A stretch of 64,000 nt of DNA, taken from Stegostoma tigrinum (lineage: Eukaryota). The stretch is taken from NCBI RefSeq assembly GCF_030684315.1, contig NC_081356.1, positions 46,382,393 to 46,446,392 on the forward strand, read 5' to 3'. Both the position numbers and the translations under genes were made by a program. The notes under the pieces were generated by a model that searched no databases, was not told the DNA's origin, and was given only the letters and a program-made list of their open reading frames with translations. Shown here piece by piece: positions 1 to 12,875 of the stretch (position 1 is its first letter; each line of letters begins with the position of its first letter).

Positions 1-3000
1 AAATTGTAGTTCGACTATAGAAAAGGTTGAAAATAGGGTGGTCCGAAATAAAGTTTCAGGGAAGCAAGATGGCACCGGCAAGCAAGAAGTTGGATTGAAG
101 TGTGTCTACTTCAATGCCAGGAGCGTCCGGAATAAGGTGGGTGAACTTGCAGCATGGGTTCGTACCTGGGACTTCGATGTTGTGGCCATTTCGTAGACAT
201 GGATAGAGCAGGGACAGGAATGGTTGTTGCAGGTTCTGGGATTTAGATGTTTCAGTAAGAACAGAGAAGATGGCAAAAGGGGGGGAGGTGTGGCATTGTT
301 GGTCAAGGACAGTATTACAGTTGCAGAAAGGATGTTTGGGGACTCGTCAACTGAGGTAGTATGGGCTGAAGTTAGAAACAGGAAAGGAGAGGTCACCCTG
401 TTGGGAGTTTTCTATAGGACTCCGAATAGCTCCAGAGATGTAGAGGAAAGGATAGCAAAGATGATTCTCGATAGGAGTGAGAGAGATGGGGTAGTTGTCA
501 CGGGGGACTTCAACTTTCCAGACATTGACTGGAAACACTATAGTTCGAGTACTATAGATGGGTCAATTTTTGTCCAGAGTGTGCAGGAGGGCTTCCTGAC
601 ACAGTATGTAGATAGGCCAACAAGGGGCGAAGCCACATTAGATTTGGTGCTGGGTAATGACCCCAGCCAGGTGTTAGATTTGGAAGTAGGTGAGCACTTT
701 GGTGATAGCGATCACAATTCTGTTATGTTTACTTTAGTAATGGAAAGGGATAGGTATATATCACTGGGCAAGAGTTATAGCTGGGGGAAAGGCAATTACG
801 ATGAAATTAGGCAAGATTTAAGGAGCATAGAATGGGGAAGGAAACTGCAGGGGATGGGCACATTAGAAATGTGGAGCTTATTCAAGGAAAATCTCCTGTG
901 TGTCCTAGATAAATATGTACCTGTCAGGCAGGGAGGAAGCTGTAGAGTGCGGGAGCCGTGGTTTACGAAGGAGGTGGAATCTCTGGTCAAGAGGAAGAAG
1001 GCGGCTTATGTTAGGATGAGATGTGAAGGCTCACTTTGGGCACTTGAGGGCTACGAGGTTGCCAGGAAAGACCTAAAGAGAGAGCTCAGAAAAGCCAGGA
1101 GGAGACATGAGAAGTTGTTGGTGGATAGGATCAGGGTAAAGCCTAAGGCTTTCTATAGGTATTTAAGGAATAAAAGAATGACGAAAGTAAGATTAGGCCC
1201 AATCAAGGATAGTAGTGGTAAGTTGTGTGTGGAGTCAGATGAGATAGGGGAAGCGCTAAATGAATATTTTTCAACAGTATTCACTCTAGAAAACAACAAT
1301 GTTGTCGAGGAGAATACTGAGATACAGGCTACTAGACTAGGTGGGATTGAGGTTCACAAGGAAGAGGTATTAGAAATCCTTCAGAAGGTGAAGATAGATA
1401 AGTCCCCTGGGCCGGATGGGATTTATCCTCGGGTCCTCTGGGAAGCCAGGGAGGAGATTGCCGAGCCTTTGGCATTGATCTTTAACTTGTCATTGTCTAC
1501 AGGAATAGTGCCAGATGACTGGAGGATAGCAAATGTGGTTCCCCTGTTCAAGAAGGGGAGTAGAGACAACCCTGGTAATTATAGACCAGTGAGCCTTACC
1601 TCAGTTGTTGGTAAAGTGTTGGAAAAGGTTATAAGGGATAGGATTTATAATCATCTAGAAAAGAATAAATTGATTAGGGATAGTCAGCATGGTTTTTTGA
1701 AGGGAAGGTCGTACCTCACAAACCTTATTGAGTTCGTTGAGAAGGTGACCAAACAGGTCGATGAGAGTAAACCGGTTGATGTGGTGTATATGGATTTCAG
1801 CAAGGCGTTCGATAAGGTTCCCCACAATAGGCTATTGTGCAAAATGCGGAGGAATGGAATTGTGGGAGATATAGCAGGTTGGGTCGGAAATTGGCTTGCT
1901 GAAAGAAGACAGAGGGTGGTAGTTGATGGGAAATGTTCATTCTGGAGACCAGTTACTAGTGGTGTACCGCAAGGGTCGGTGTTGGGTCCACTGCTGTTTG
2001 TCATTTTTATAAATGACCTGGATGAGGGCATAGAAGGATGGGTTAGTAAATTCGCAGATGACACTATGGTCGGTGGAGTTGTGGATAGTGACAAAGGATG
2101 CTGTAGGTTGCAGAGAGACATAGATAAGCTGCAGAGCTAGGCTCAGAGGTGGCAAATGGAGTTTAATGCAGACAAGTGTGAGGTGATGCACTTTGGTAGG
2201 AGTAACCGGAAGGCAAATAACAGGGCTAATAGTAAGATTCTTAGCAGTGTAGATGAGCAGAGAGATCTCGGTGTCCATGTACACAGATACTTGAAAGTTG
2301 CCACCCAGGTTGACAGGGCTGTTAAGAAGGCATACAGTGTTTCAGCTTTTATTAATAGAGCCAATTTCCGACCCAACCTGCTATATCTCCCACAATTCCA
2401 TTCCTCCGCATTTTGCACAATAGCCTATTGTGGGGAACCTTATCGAACGCCTTGCTGAAATCCATATTCACCACATCAACCGGTTTACTCTCATCGACCT
2501 GTTTGGTCACCTTCTCAACGAACTCAATAAGGTTTGTGAGGTACGACCTTCCCTTCACAAAACCATGCTGACTATCCCTAATCAATTTATTCTTTTCTAG
2601 ATGATTATAAATCCTATCCCTTATAACCTTTTCCAACACTTTACCAACAACTGAGGTAAGGCTCACTGGTCTATAATTACCAGGAACCAAGATCGGTACA
2701 AAACTCTGGTGCGGCCGCATTTGGAGTGTTGTGTACAGTTCTGGTCACCCCATTATAAGAATGATGTGGAAGCTTTGGAAAGGGTGCAGAGGAGATTTAC
2801 TAGGATGTTGCCTGGTATGGAGGGAAGGTCTTACGAGGAATGGCTGAGGGACTTGAGGCTGTTTTCCTTAGTGAGAAGAAGGTTGAGAGGTGACTTAATT
2901 GAAATATATAAAATAATCAGACCGTTAGATAGGGTGGATAGGGAGAGCCTTTTTCCTTGGATGGTGACGGCGAGCACGAGGGGGCATAGCTTTAAATTGA

Positions 3001-3247
3001 GGGGTGAAAGATATAGGACAGATGTCAGAGGTAGTTTCTTTACTCAGATAGTAGTAAGTGAATGGAACGCTTTGCCTGCAATGGTAGTAGATTCGCCAAC
3101 TTTAGGTACATTTAAGTCGTCATTGGACAAGCATATGGACGTACATGGAATAGTGTAGGTTAGATGGGCTTGAGATCGGTATGACAGGTCGGCACAACAT
3201 CGAGGGCCGAAGGGACTGTACTGTGCTGTAATGTTCTATGTTCTATG
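1..3247 (+). mobile_element. CR1-clade LINE, young but disabled (APE endonuclease + RT ORF2, 3' UTR, (TTCTATG)n tail); 5' part extends beyond window
   Basis: Translation gives APE motifs ([34 protein letters not shown]) and RT motifs ([34 protein letters not shown]). In-frame stops at 194-196 (ISETW -> IS*TW) and 2138-2140. Ends TGTTCTATGTTCTATG at about 3247. Confidence 0.97.
2359..2684 (-). repeat. Inverted duplication of CR1 segment 1571-1896 embedded in the same CR1
   Basis: 2359-2684 is the reverse complement of 1571-1896 (ORF 2352..2720 - reproduces the RT peptide), with 2-nt microhomologies AG and GG at the junctions. Confidence 0.95.
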
Positions 3248-4390
3248 ATACCTAGGATATATTATTTTTTGGTCCTCACAGAGGTTTAACTATCTTTTAC
3301 AGCATCTTGACTGCATCTTATTTAGAGTTTTATTAAGGAACTTTTGCATCTGCCTCATTATACATCGGAAGGCATATTGTATGCTTGTAATAGGGATGTA
3401 GGATTAGGAATACCTAAATTAGAAGTGCAAATTCCAATAGCGGTCATGAGAAAACTTAAAGTTCTTGAGGGATCCACAGACAAGATTGCCCATGCCTTTT
3501 TACAGTTTAGTAAGGAGAGTAATATAGAAGAGATGAAGGCTTTATTGAGATTGAAGGTGTTGCATAATGTCTGGACATTCGAAGATGTTGGTGAACTAAA
3601 AGAGAATGGATTAGATATGGAGAAGGAAGGGGAAATTCTGAGCATGTTAAGTGTGAAGTACAGACTCTGGAGGAAGGCAGAAATGCTGAAGTAGATGTCT
3701 TTACAGAGCCAAGGGCTGGAATCAGATATTTTTTAAATGATCAGCTCTCAACCACATGGATTAAGACTGTTATGTATATAAAGACCTCCAAGTTGATAAA
3801 TATATTGCTATTATGATGCAACTTGTATCCCACCATGATTCATGGAAGAATTTCTTGTGATAAGAGATATTGATGATGTGAAGCCTTGTATGAAACACTT
3901 CCTCATATATCTGGGTGATGCCCAGGGGTGAAAAATTCTAGGATTAGAAGGCATAATAAGATATGATCATGAAGAAGTTATATCAATACATGGTAAAGTA
4001 TAGTTGGGTAACTTTCTTAGAAACCCCGATTAAGAGATGAAAATGGAAGATTATGGCAGCCAGATCCGATCTTCCAGAAAAATGCCTCAATTGTGAATTT
4101 AGATGTTACAATGCAATTTGAAAATGAGGATGGAGATTGGAAAAAAACCTGGGAAAGGAAGGTGGAGAAGTATTAGCATTTGAGCACACAGATAATGAGA
4201 TTGACTAAAAGAGAAGTACTAACATTTTATGGTTTTATAATGGGTGAGGGGGGAAATGGATGGAGGAGAGCAATAAATTTACTGCCCATTTAGGGATTCA
4301 GAATTTTAAAACCTTCGCCCAGGAAATTTCCCATCTGACTACCTCATTGATTCTCAAATTGTGGCACATTTTTAGTGACTGCTAAGATTA
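3248..4390 (+). mobile_element. R2-clade (RLE-type) non-LTR retrotransposon, decayed C-terminal part, interrupted 5' by the CR1
   Basis: IPRIYY...LHLPHYTSEGILYA...GLGIPKL (RT thumb); decayed CCHC knuckle CEALYETLPHISG*CP..SRIRRHNKI (3841-3965); RLE motif GRLWQPDPIF...LDVTMQFE...RKVEKY (4024-4175); FYGFIMG..GKW. Multiple stops and frameshifts. Confidence 0.85.
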
Positions 4391-4824
4391 TGGAATGCTC
4401 AGACGACAATTTTAACTGTGTGTGTTGAATTTTAGAATTTTAACATTCTCTTAGATTAATGTTTTTTAGTTGATTTTAGTGTGTTTTGATTTTAGTTGTT
4501 TTAGATTTTAGTTGTTTATTTTAATGTCATTCTAGAATTTTAGTAAATAAAGTTGAATTGTTTTAAGACACAGGTAATTTTGATGAGTAGTGGGTGTTAA
4601 ATTAATATTCACGAAACACATCATATGATGTTCAAGTGGGTTTTTTATAACTAACCAATGGTCAACAACCTCATGTCCAAATCCCCCACTTGCTGAGCTG
4701 TTAAGTCTGTTCTAAATGTACAGTCTCTATAAGATCCAGATGTAGTCAGCTGTATAGAGGTATTCATTGTGCATCTACAATTGACAATAAAACTCAGCAC
4801 AGGCACTGCTTCATAGTATTTTAA

Positions 4825-5068
4825 AAAGAGAGAGATTTAAAAAAGACATGGGGGCAATCCTTTTCCACTTTTCCAGAAAAAGGTGGATGTGGATACAATT
4901 ACAACATTTTAAAGACATTAGATAAGTAGATGAATAGTACAGGTTTGGAGGGATATGGGCCAGGAGCAAAGTAGGTGGCATTGATTTAATATGGGATTAT
5001 GCTTGGCATGAACCGGTTGGACCGAAGGGCCTCTTTCCATGCTGTATGATTTTTTGACGCTGTGACTA
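4825..5068 (+). mobile_element. CR1/HER1 LINE 3' fragment
   Basis: FKRH.DKYMN..GLEGYGP-like ORF2 end followed by TTGGACCGAAGGGCCT...TGCTGTATGA 3' UTR. Confidence 0.75.
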
Positions 5069-5279
5069 GGTCTCTGTAACAATGTATATTATATCAATGT
5101 TACTGATTACTAACATGCAGCAAATGACATCTTGTCAACGATAACAGATTGTTGTAGTTAGACCAAGAAGTGGTTTGTCTCTCCCGCACTAGATAAGCAA
5201 TCCCATAGATTTTACAGTTAAAGAATATGGTGGCAACAATGATGAGCAGCAGCTCATGCTGTGCACTGAGTTTGCAGGC

Positions 5280-5590
5280 CCATGAAACAGTTTGTGCACC
5301 CTAGTCTTGAAATATGTGATCCTAGGCAAAAGACAATTAGCATTAGCAGAAGCCACACGCGTCATTATTTTACGAATTTTTATAAGATCCCTTTCAACCT
5401 CTGATACTCCAGTGGAAAATAATCCTGGCCTGTCCAATCTTTCTCTATAACTGAAACCTTCCATACCTGGCGACATCCTCGTAAATCTCTTCTGAACTCT
5501 CTCTAACTTAATAATAACCTTCCTGTAACTGGGGAAACTAGAGCTGGACACAGTATTCCATAAGAGGCCTCAACAATGTCTTGTATAACT
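5280..5590 (-). mobile_element. CR1 ORF2 C-terminal fragment
   Basis: ORF 5189..5551 -: LERVQKRFTRM.PGMEGFSY.ERLDR. Confidence 0.8.
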
Positions 5591-6819
5591 GGTAGATCTT
5601 GCTTTTAATTGACTACCCTCTGCACAAATAGCAATTGACAATAAATATTGGCCTAGCCAGTAATGTACACATTTGAAATTCTAGGTGATTCAAGTCCATA
5701 TTTATCTTTATTATGGGTGATGTTTATTGTACTCTCAGTATTATCTTTTTCATACCCCTACATAATAATTTGTCTATCTGAAATTTGACATTAATCTTCC
5801 TTACATTTCAATCTTTGTCGTTTGTATATTTTCAAATTATAACGAAAGTTCAGAGCTTCAATAAAGTGGCATACATGATAGTAATTCCTATCAAAAAGTA
5901 ATGGAGAAACAGGAAAATGTCCATAACAGTTTCTTCAGAGTTTCTATCAAATGTCTTACATAAACTTCTCAAAAAAATGACAGAAATTCCATTATATATG
6001 TACGTGGGTTTCTTCCATGTAACCAGTGAAGTTGGCACACCCATGAAAAAAGACAGGTTAATAAAAATAGGGTGACAAATGGGGAGAAATGTCCTGAGCT
6101 ACTCTGATCTCTAAAGTAGTTGCTGTGGAATCTGAAGCAGATTCAATACTTACAATGGAGACGTGTAAAAAGAGCAGAGTAGACCATTTGGACACTTGAG
6201 CTGTTCAATAACATCAGGATAATCTGTCTTGTGAGAAGACAAACTTATACGAAAAAGCCAAATTTAGAAGATTGAAAAGAGAGAGCAGATGAGTTGAATA
6301 ATTGGGATGTCTTACACATGATTTGAAGGACTCCTGTCTGTGCTGTATTATTGTATGATCCCAAATGAAGTGGCGACTAACAAGTGAAATACTCACTACA
6401 CCTAATTATTCCTGATGAATCTTGTCAGCCTTAGTTCTATCCCTATTCACCGTTCTCTTCCTCCCCTTTGCAGAATTTACTCAGCCTTCATCCATTGAAG
6501 CTGACATTGAATTCTTGCAATGGCTGAGCTTATCTGTTTCAATGAAATTTGGGCCTCCATTATCAGGCGCAGACATGGTACCCCCTATCCATTTACCATG
6601 TACCACATCCTAAAAGAATAACAAGACTGTTCCACCTTTTCCTGGGAAGCTGAGTCTTTAGCCTTATCCTTTTCTCAATTGACAGAATGAAAATTCCCAT
6701 GAATTTTGATGATTTGAATCAGTGGTTTTTGACCTGATGACTTTTGTTGGTACCTTGAAGTAAAGGGGAAAATAATGTCATGGTGACTATGTTGATGTAC
6801 CAAAATTCCTAAGACTCAG

Positions 6820-7170
6820 TTACTTCTGTTTATTTCTGGCACCTCCAAACACATCTTCCCTTCTACCCCAGTGTTACACTGTGAACATCTTGATGGGAGC
6901 CTTCTAAGCATAACACCCTGGCCCAGTCTTCCATCACTCCTCAATATTTCCCCTCCTGCTTCTGCCTCACCAGCTCCATAATGCCTTTCCATACAATCAT
7001 GAAAGGTGTAACATTTACCCATTCACTTCCTTCATTCTGACTTTGCAACATTGCAAAAACACTTTCTAGGTGACTTGCACCTTTGACTTGCACTTCTTTC
7101 AATATACTTTTGTTCACAATGCAATCTTCTTTACATTGAACACCAAAATGAATAGCTTTCTCCAGAGTCA
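6820..7170 (+). mobile_element. Highly decayed Penelope-like fragment (RT C-terminus / GIY-YIG N-terminus)
   Basis: Loosely collinear with the better-preserved Penelope at 31960-32280 (IFPSPP..., PC..RC..CPFTS, FTCTS, LYIG). Confidence 0.45.
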
Positions 7171-7199
7171 AATCTTCCTCAAATTCTAAGTACCTTTAA

Positions 7200-7595
7200 C
7201 CTCAGGGTTGTTAGGGAGTTCCAGGATTGTGACTCAGCAACACTGAGGGAACAGTGATATATTTCCAAGTCAGGATAGCGTGTGCCTTAGAGGGGTAATT
7301 GCAAGTGCTGGTGATGTTCAAATGTATCTGCTGCTTTTGTCCCTATATATGGTAGAGGCTGTGGATTTGGAAGGTATTGCTGATGGAGCCATAATCAGTT
7401 ACTGCTGAGGCTTTTATTGATGATACACACTGTTGCTGCTATGAACTGGTGGAAGTAGGAGTGTTTGTTAAAGTGTGTGAATGGAGTGAAAACCAAGTTG
7501 GTTGTTTTGTCCTGAGCAATGTCAAGCTTCTTAAGTGTTGTTGGAGTCAGACTCATCCAGGCACATGGGGTTTATTCCATCAGATTCCTGACTTG
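7200..7595 (-). mobile_element. 3' region of the CR1/L2-group ORF1-less LINE family (same family as 35855-39605)
   Basis: Reverse strand reads ...SFSVA.S..WNSL-like; same sequence as 42860-43140 and 51890-52050. Confidence 0.7.
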
Positions 7596-8360
7596 CCAAC
7601 AGCCATTTTACAAACACACTTCCCAATAACGGTGCCAGCATCAACATCACAACCTCAACACCTCACATACACCATGTAACTATGAAGCCTGGCATAGCAG
7701 AATTACCTATTAAGGAGAGACCAATGAAACTGAAAGGAGAAATTGAACTATCAGAGAAACACTCACCATTTAAAACTGAGCTGATGAGAAACTTGAGTCG
7801 TGAATTGCCAGAATTCCTGAACCCAAAGAGTTCAAGATAGAAATTAATAGATTTCTGAATACTAATGATATCAATTGAAATGGATATAGATTAAGAAAGT
7901 GACATCTAGGTAGATGATCAACCATGATTAAAATAGCAAAGCAACCTCAATGGGTTGAATAGTCTATTACTATTTCTATGGTTCTATACCTTGATATTCT
8001 CACAATACAAAATATTCCATGTGCTACTCATGCATCAGAAACTGCTTTAAACTTTTCAACCACAACCACATCTGCAAATACATTCATTCACACTTATCAC
8101 TTTCCCTTGCAAGATAAGATAACATGTTGTGGTTAGTCATCAGCAGGATATAAGAATGGCTATGAAGCATAAGTTCACTCTTCCAAAGAGTTGTCAATGG
8201 TGACTGTGAGAGCAGTAGTAGAATCTATGGACACAGGCAGAGGACGGGCATATGGCCACTCTAGCTTCCTTATTTATCCACAAAAAGAATCCTGATCCCT
8301 GATCTCAAACCATCTGGTCACTCTCAAGCCCACATGGTCTTTTCACACATATCTTCTAAC

Positions 8361-8404
8361 AGAGATTAGCCATGTAGAGGTTACTTGCTACATGGCTAAT
8401 CTCT
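8361..8404. repeat. Perfect 17-bp inverted repeat with 10-nt loop
   Basis: AGAGATTAGCCATGTAG-aggttacttg-CTACATGGCTAATCTCT. Confidence 0.9.
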
Positions 8405-8649
8405 AGCCTTTCTGGGTATGTCACTGTGCATGCCAAGAAGGAAGAGCCACCTTAGTCACACACAGACCCCACACGATGTCCTCTCACTCCTTTGCTCACA
8501 AAGGAAATGGAATTTGGTTCACTTTCAGAGAATGTGTTGAAGCAGGGCACAGCCACAGAAAAAAAAGGCCTTAAGAACTACATACATAACAAAATAAATG
8601 AGGAGTAGAAGATAGACCCAAGGTTTCCAAAAGGAAATTGTTAACCCAG

Positions 8650-10160
8650 TCCAAAAATTTTGGAATTTGGCCATTCATACCAAGGCCATTTTTCTCATTT
8701 CAAGTTGGACAAGGGAGAAAGTGTCACAGAATTTTCATATAGAAAGCCTTGATTGCCAAAGCATTGCTCACTGCTAACAGATGTTCTGTTATATGACCCA
8801 TATAATTTTGCAATTTAATGGTTCAAGGTATGTTACAAACAACTTGACAATATGAGGGACACCAAATAATAGAAACTTAATAATGTACTTCACAACTAGG
8901 AATTCTCACTCCTGAATAGTTTGAAGAGCATGTGTATTTGCATAAGTATAGGGGATTGTCACTTTAAGAGTTCAATCACACGACATAGTGATGATACCAT
9001 CAGCTACCTTGCTTTAACCTTGCAGCCAGTAGAATGGACATTTTCATAATAAGATTCTTGCTGTTTAATGCTTCAACCCCTGGTCCTTCTTGGAACTTAA
9101 TACAAGAGGAAGCCCAGTAACGTGCTTGGGATAAAAACTTTTCTGAGATCATCACCAGGTCAATCCACTGATTCATCAAAAAAAAATTGTGGTCTCACTA
9201 CAGATCTCAGAGGTGCTTCAAAATAAAAATAAAGAAAGAAATCTAAAGACACCAATCCCTGCACCAAAGCAGGTATAGTCTGCAAAACCAAATTGGAGAA
9301 AATAAAACTAAACTGGGCTAAAGTAAATTGCTTATTAAGTTCTAAAACTGCTCTATCCCAAGTTCTAAAGAAACATGTCATTGTTTTTTTTACTGGCAGA
9401 CCTCAGTGGGGTGGAAACAATCTGACAAATTGAAAATCAATGATGAGTGTCAAGGGCAATGTTGCAAGGCTAAATTAGTGCTTTATGCAATGAGGTCAAA
9501 GTTCACAGCAGAAGAGACTGGCTCAGATGGGAGTCCTTGAACCTGTAAATGTGAGTGATTGGGCCACGCTTTTTATATCAGTAATTTAAAAAGATGGATC
9601 AGTATGCATCTGCTTTGATTTTACTGAAGGTCATTATTAATCTGGTCTGAAGTATTCTTTTCCTCTAATCTATTACTTATATGCTGGATGAGCTAGAAGT
9701 CAGATTTTCAGTAAATTGACCTGAAGAAAGCCTAGTTCCAGATGAAAGTAGGTTCTGAATCAAAGAAGTACTTAACAATTATAACACATGAAGAACCATT
9801 CAAATACAAGAGAATTCTATTTGGAGTTATATCTGCACCTATATTATTCCAACTTGCCATGGATCAAATTTGAAGTGAAAAGGAAAAAGTCTGGTGTTAT
9901 CTAAATGATATTTTATAGTCTATAAATGAGGAAAGAGCAAGTGATATTTTAAATTGTCTATTGAATACTTTAACCCCATGATATTGATGCTAAAGAATGC
10001 TAATTTGAAAGAGACTTTAAGCAAGCTAAAGAGATGTTATTAAAATCAGAATTCCTGGCCCATTTTGACCCAAGCATTGCAATTAGCATATGGTTCAGCA
10101 CAATATGGAATGGGAGTAGTTGTTTTTTAAACATAATCTTCGATGGAAAAGAGAAGGCAT
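8650..10160 (+). mobile_element. Decayed Gypsy/Ty3 LTR retrotransposon internal region (gag-like remnant, protease end, RT, RNase H start)
   Basis: LEKIKLNWAKV; GVLEPVNVSDWAT; KDGSVCICFDF; FSK.DL..A..QM; KYLTIITH; LFGVISAPILFQ.AMDQI; CYLNDIL (YLDD); LLKSEFLAHFDP. The 5' gag part is weakly supported. Confidence 0.8.
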
Positions 10161-11300
10161 CAATTCTGGTGTTTTCTGCAAACTTACTAATCATGCCTTC
10201 TATATTCTCACCTAAATCATTCATATAAATGACAAACAAAAGTAGACCCAGCATCGATCCCTGTGGAACACTATTGTTCACAGGCCTCCAGTCCAAAAAT
10301 AACCCTCCACTAACACTCTCGATCTCCTGCTGTTAAGCATATCGATTTAATTTCAATTCTTCCTAACAAGGCAATCCCACTCCCTCTGCCATCTGCCTGT
10401 CCTTTTGATCAGATGTGTATCCTTGGATTTTGAGTTCCCAGCCCTAATTTCTTTGCAGCCACATTTGTGATACTAACTTTGTAACTGCAGTTTTAATCTG
10501 TGCTACAAGTTCATTGCCTTTTTTCACATATCGCATGCATTTAAGTACCACACACTCGGTCCTGCATTGACTATCTCCACTTCTCATTGTCATCCCTTCT
10601 TCTCCAGTGCCTGAAGTTAGAAACCTTTCAATACTCTGGCCCATTTTTTCTTTTGGAAAGTTTAACCTATGCTGGTAACTATCCTACAATCAACTTTTTC
10701 CAAAATTTTTCAACCAACTGAACACATGCCACCCAATATTTAGTTTAAATTCCTATCCAAAATTTTAGTTATACGATTCGTCAGGACACTGGTCGATACA
10801 TGATTCAGATGAAGCCTGCCCAATTAGAACAGCTCCCTCCTTCCCCAGTCCTGATACAAATGCATCGTGAATTCAAACCCATTTCTCCCACACCAATGAT
10901 TGAGCCACATGTTTACCTCTTTAATCTCATTGACCACCCTGCAACCATATCTCTGTTAATGGTCACTAACTCACACCATTAATTTGTGCCGTCAATTCAT
11001 TTCCTTTGTTTCAAATGCTACAAGCATTCAGGTAAAGTGCTTTTATGCTAGTTTTTATACTTTCTTTTTGAATCTGAAGAACTCCACCTGAAGAACCTTT
11101 GTTTTTAAACATTCTCTCTTTTTCTGCCACTACCTGGTTTACACTCATTCTAGAGGTCAGCTGCTTCTTCCTTTTTATGTGCTATCTTGATTCTCTTTTT
11201 CCTTAAGTCCTCACTCACTGTAGCTAGGTCAGAGTTGAGCCTTAGATTCCCATCTTCTTGCCAAACTAGTTTAATGCCCACTTAATTGTGCAAGCAGAAC
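10160..11300 (-). mobile_element. Decayed CR1 pieces (RT segment, APE N-terminus, ORF1 end) inserted at the Gypsy remnant
   Basis: WRPV..SVPQGSMLG.LLFVIYMNDL...ISKFAENT (10000..10296 -); K.NELVAQI (10444..10644 -). Confidence 0.7.
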
Positions 11301-12550
11301 AACCTGAGTACAGTAATGTTCCACTTTTGAACATGAGCATGCTGCATAACATGCCGTGTGTTGGCATTTTTAAATCTTGCTGCACATGTCTTATTAAATC
11401 AGTAACTGCAGCAGAGTAGAAAATGTCCAAAGATTCGCTGCATGCTGGAAATGACAGTACTTGAGTGATTCTGATTCTCAAGAATATTACCCTGTTACAA
11501 TTCCTCAACAAGGGAAAGTGCAAACAACCACATTAAAGCTGGGAAAAGAAAATGAGGCAGTAAACCCTGAGAGAGGAACCTTCCTAAATTTTAACATTGA
11601 CCTCGATCCCAGGCCATTATTAGAGCTTTCTAGAATAGGGTCACAGCAGGATGTCCAGGAAACATGTTTTTCCTAGAATCCTCTACAAATAGAAGTTCAC
11701 TCAGGATGTACAGAGAACACAGAATGATTGCTGTTTTGTGCTATTAAAAGGGCTAAAGGTGCTTTGAACCCCATTCTTCACAGTGACCAATCTGATTCTA
11801 CACAAAGTAACAAAATGCTTTCAAACCTGTGTGGTGGTGTGTGGAGTAATTCAACTTGGGTAGAGCTCACAATCTTACAAGCCAATAATAAGGCCTGGGG
11901 CTGGACTGCCCATCCAGTCTTCTAGCAGCAAAAACATGAGACAAATGAGCCAAAAAGAAACGCAACTCATAAAAATGACAAATGAAAATTTCTTTGCCAA
12001 TTTTACTGGAAAACTGTTTCTGCTTTGGAGTAAGAAGCAACTGGGTTATAGGCGAACAATAGAAAGAAAAAACCTGTATTTCCAAATAATTTGTGAATTG
12101 TACAGGGAACTTATTGTGCAAATAAATCAAAGGAATCTCCAAAACTGAGTAACATGAATTATTCATGTTTCTTCACAGGCTCAATAGATATTTCACACAG
12201 CAAAATCAAAAGCTATTTATACATATGTGAAATATTGTCCAATAGCCTATGTTATGACTTGCATCCCCGATGAATGTTGAATATGAGTTAACACAGGGTG
12301 CAGATTAAAAATGGTTTTGATATGTCCCAGTGGTTACGATATGATATTACTGAAAAATGCAAAAGAACTCAATTATAACTCTCCATTACCTTTTAATAAT
12401 TCTCAGGCACGAACAATTAGGTAAACACCACAGTTCCCACATTTCCATCACTGAGTTAAATGATACCTCCAATTCATGCTCACTTTACATACAGCTCAAT
12501 ATCAAGGAGTTTGGAATGTTTGATCAACTAACCACTGACATTTTTAGAGG

Positions 12551-12875
12551 TAGGGTGACCAGCTCTTCAAAAGTCAAAACCCGGACATATTGAAAATAAT
12601 TTATAAACTAGGGTTCATGTGATGGACATGTTGGACAATGAATGGCAGGAGTTATTGCAGGGGCATTTGTTGGCATGCAAGTCATCTGACTTCATGTAAA
12701 CACCAAACAGTCAGGTAATGCCAAGGTAGCCATTAAACTGTTCAGGTAGCAGGCTGGGTAAAATGTCCAAAATCCTGACTGCTTGCCTTTCTTATGTGTA
12801 CATTCATGTCCCTGGGGAGGGAACTTATGGTTATATTGGAATGCCAATAGTCTTCCATTGCTGGTGGCATCGTAT
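12551..12875. mobile_element. Possible hAT-type MITE
   Basis: Starts TAGGGTGACCAG...CCCGGACA (typical hAT terminal sequence); degenerate right end CTGGTGGCATCGTA. Confidence 0.3.

Noticed and set aside
224-2140. 638-aa ORF as a functional gene or active LINE
   Set aside because: CR1 ORF2 with stops at 194-196 and 2138-2140 and a disrupting inversion.
6474-6613. Exon after a strong acceptor (also similar candidates at 43594 and 25387)
   Set aside because: The peptides are unrecognisable and donor/phase support is weak.
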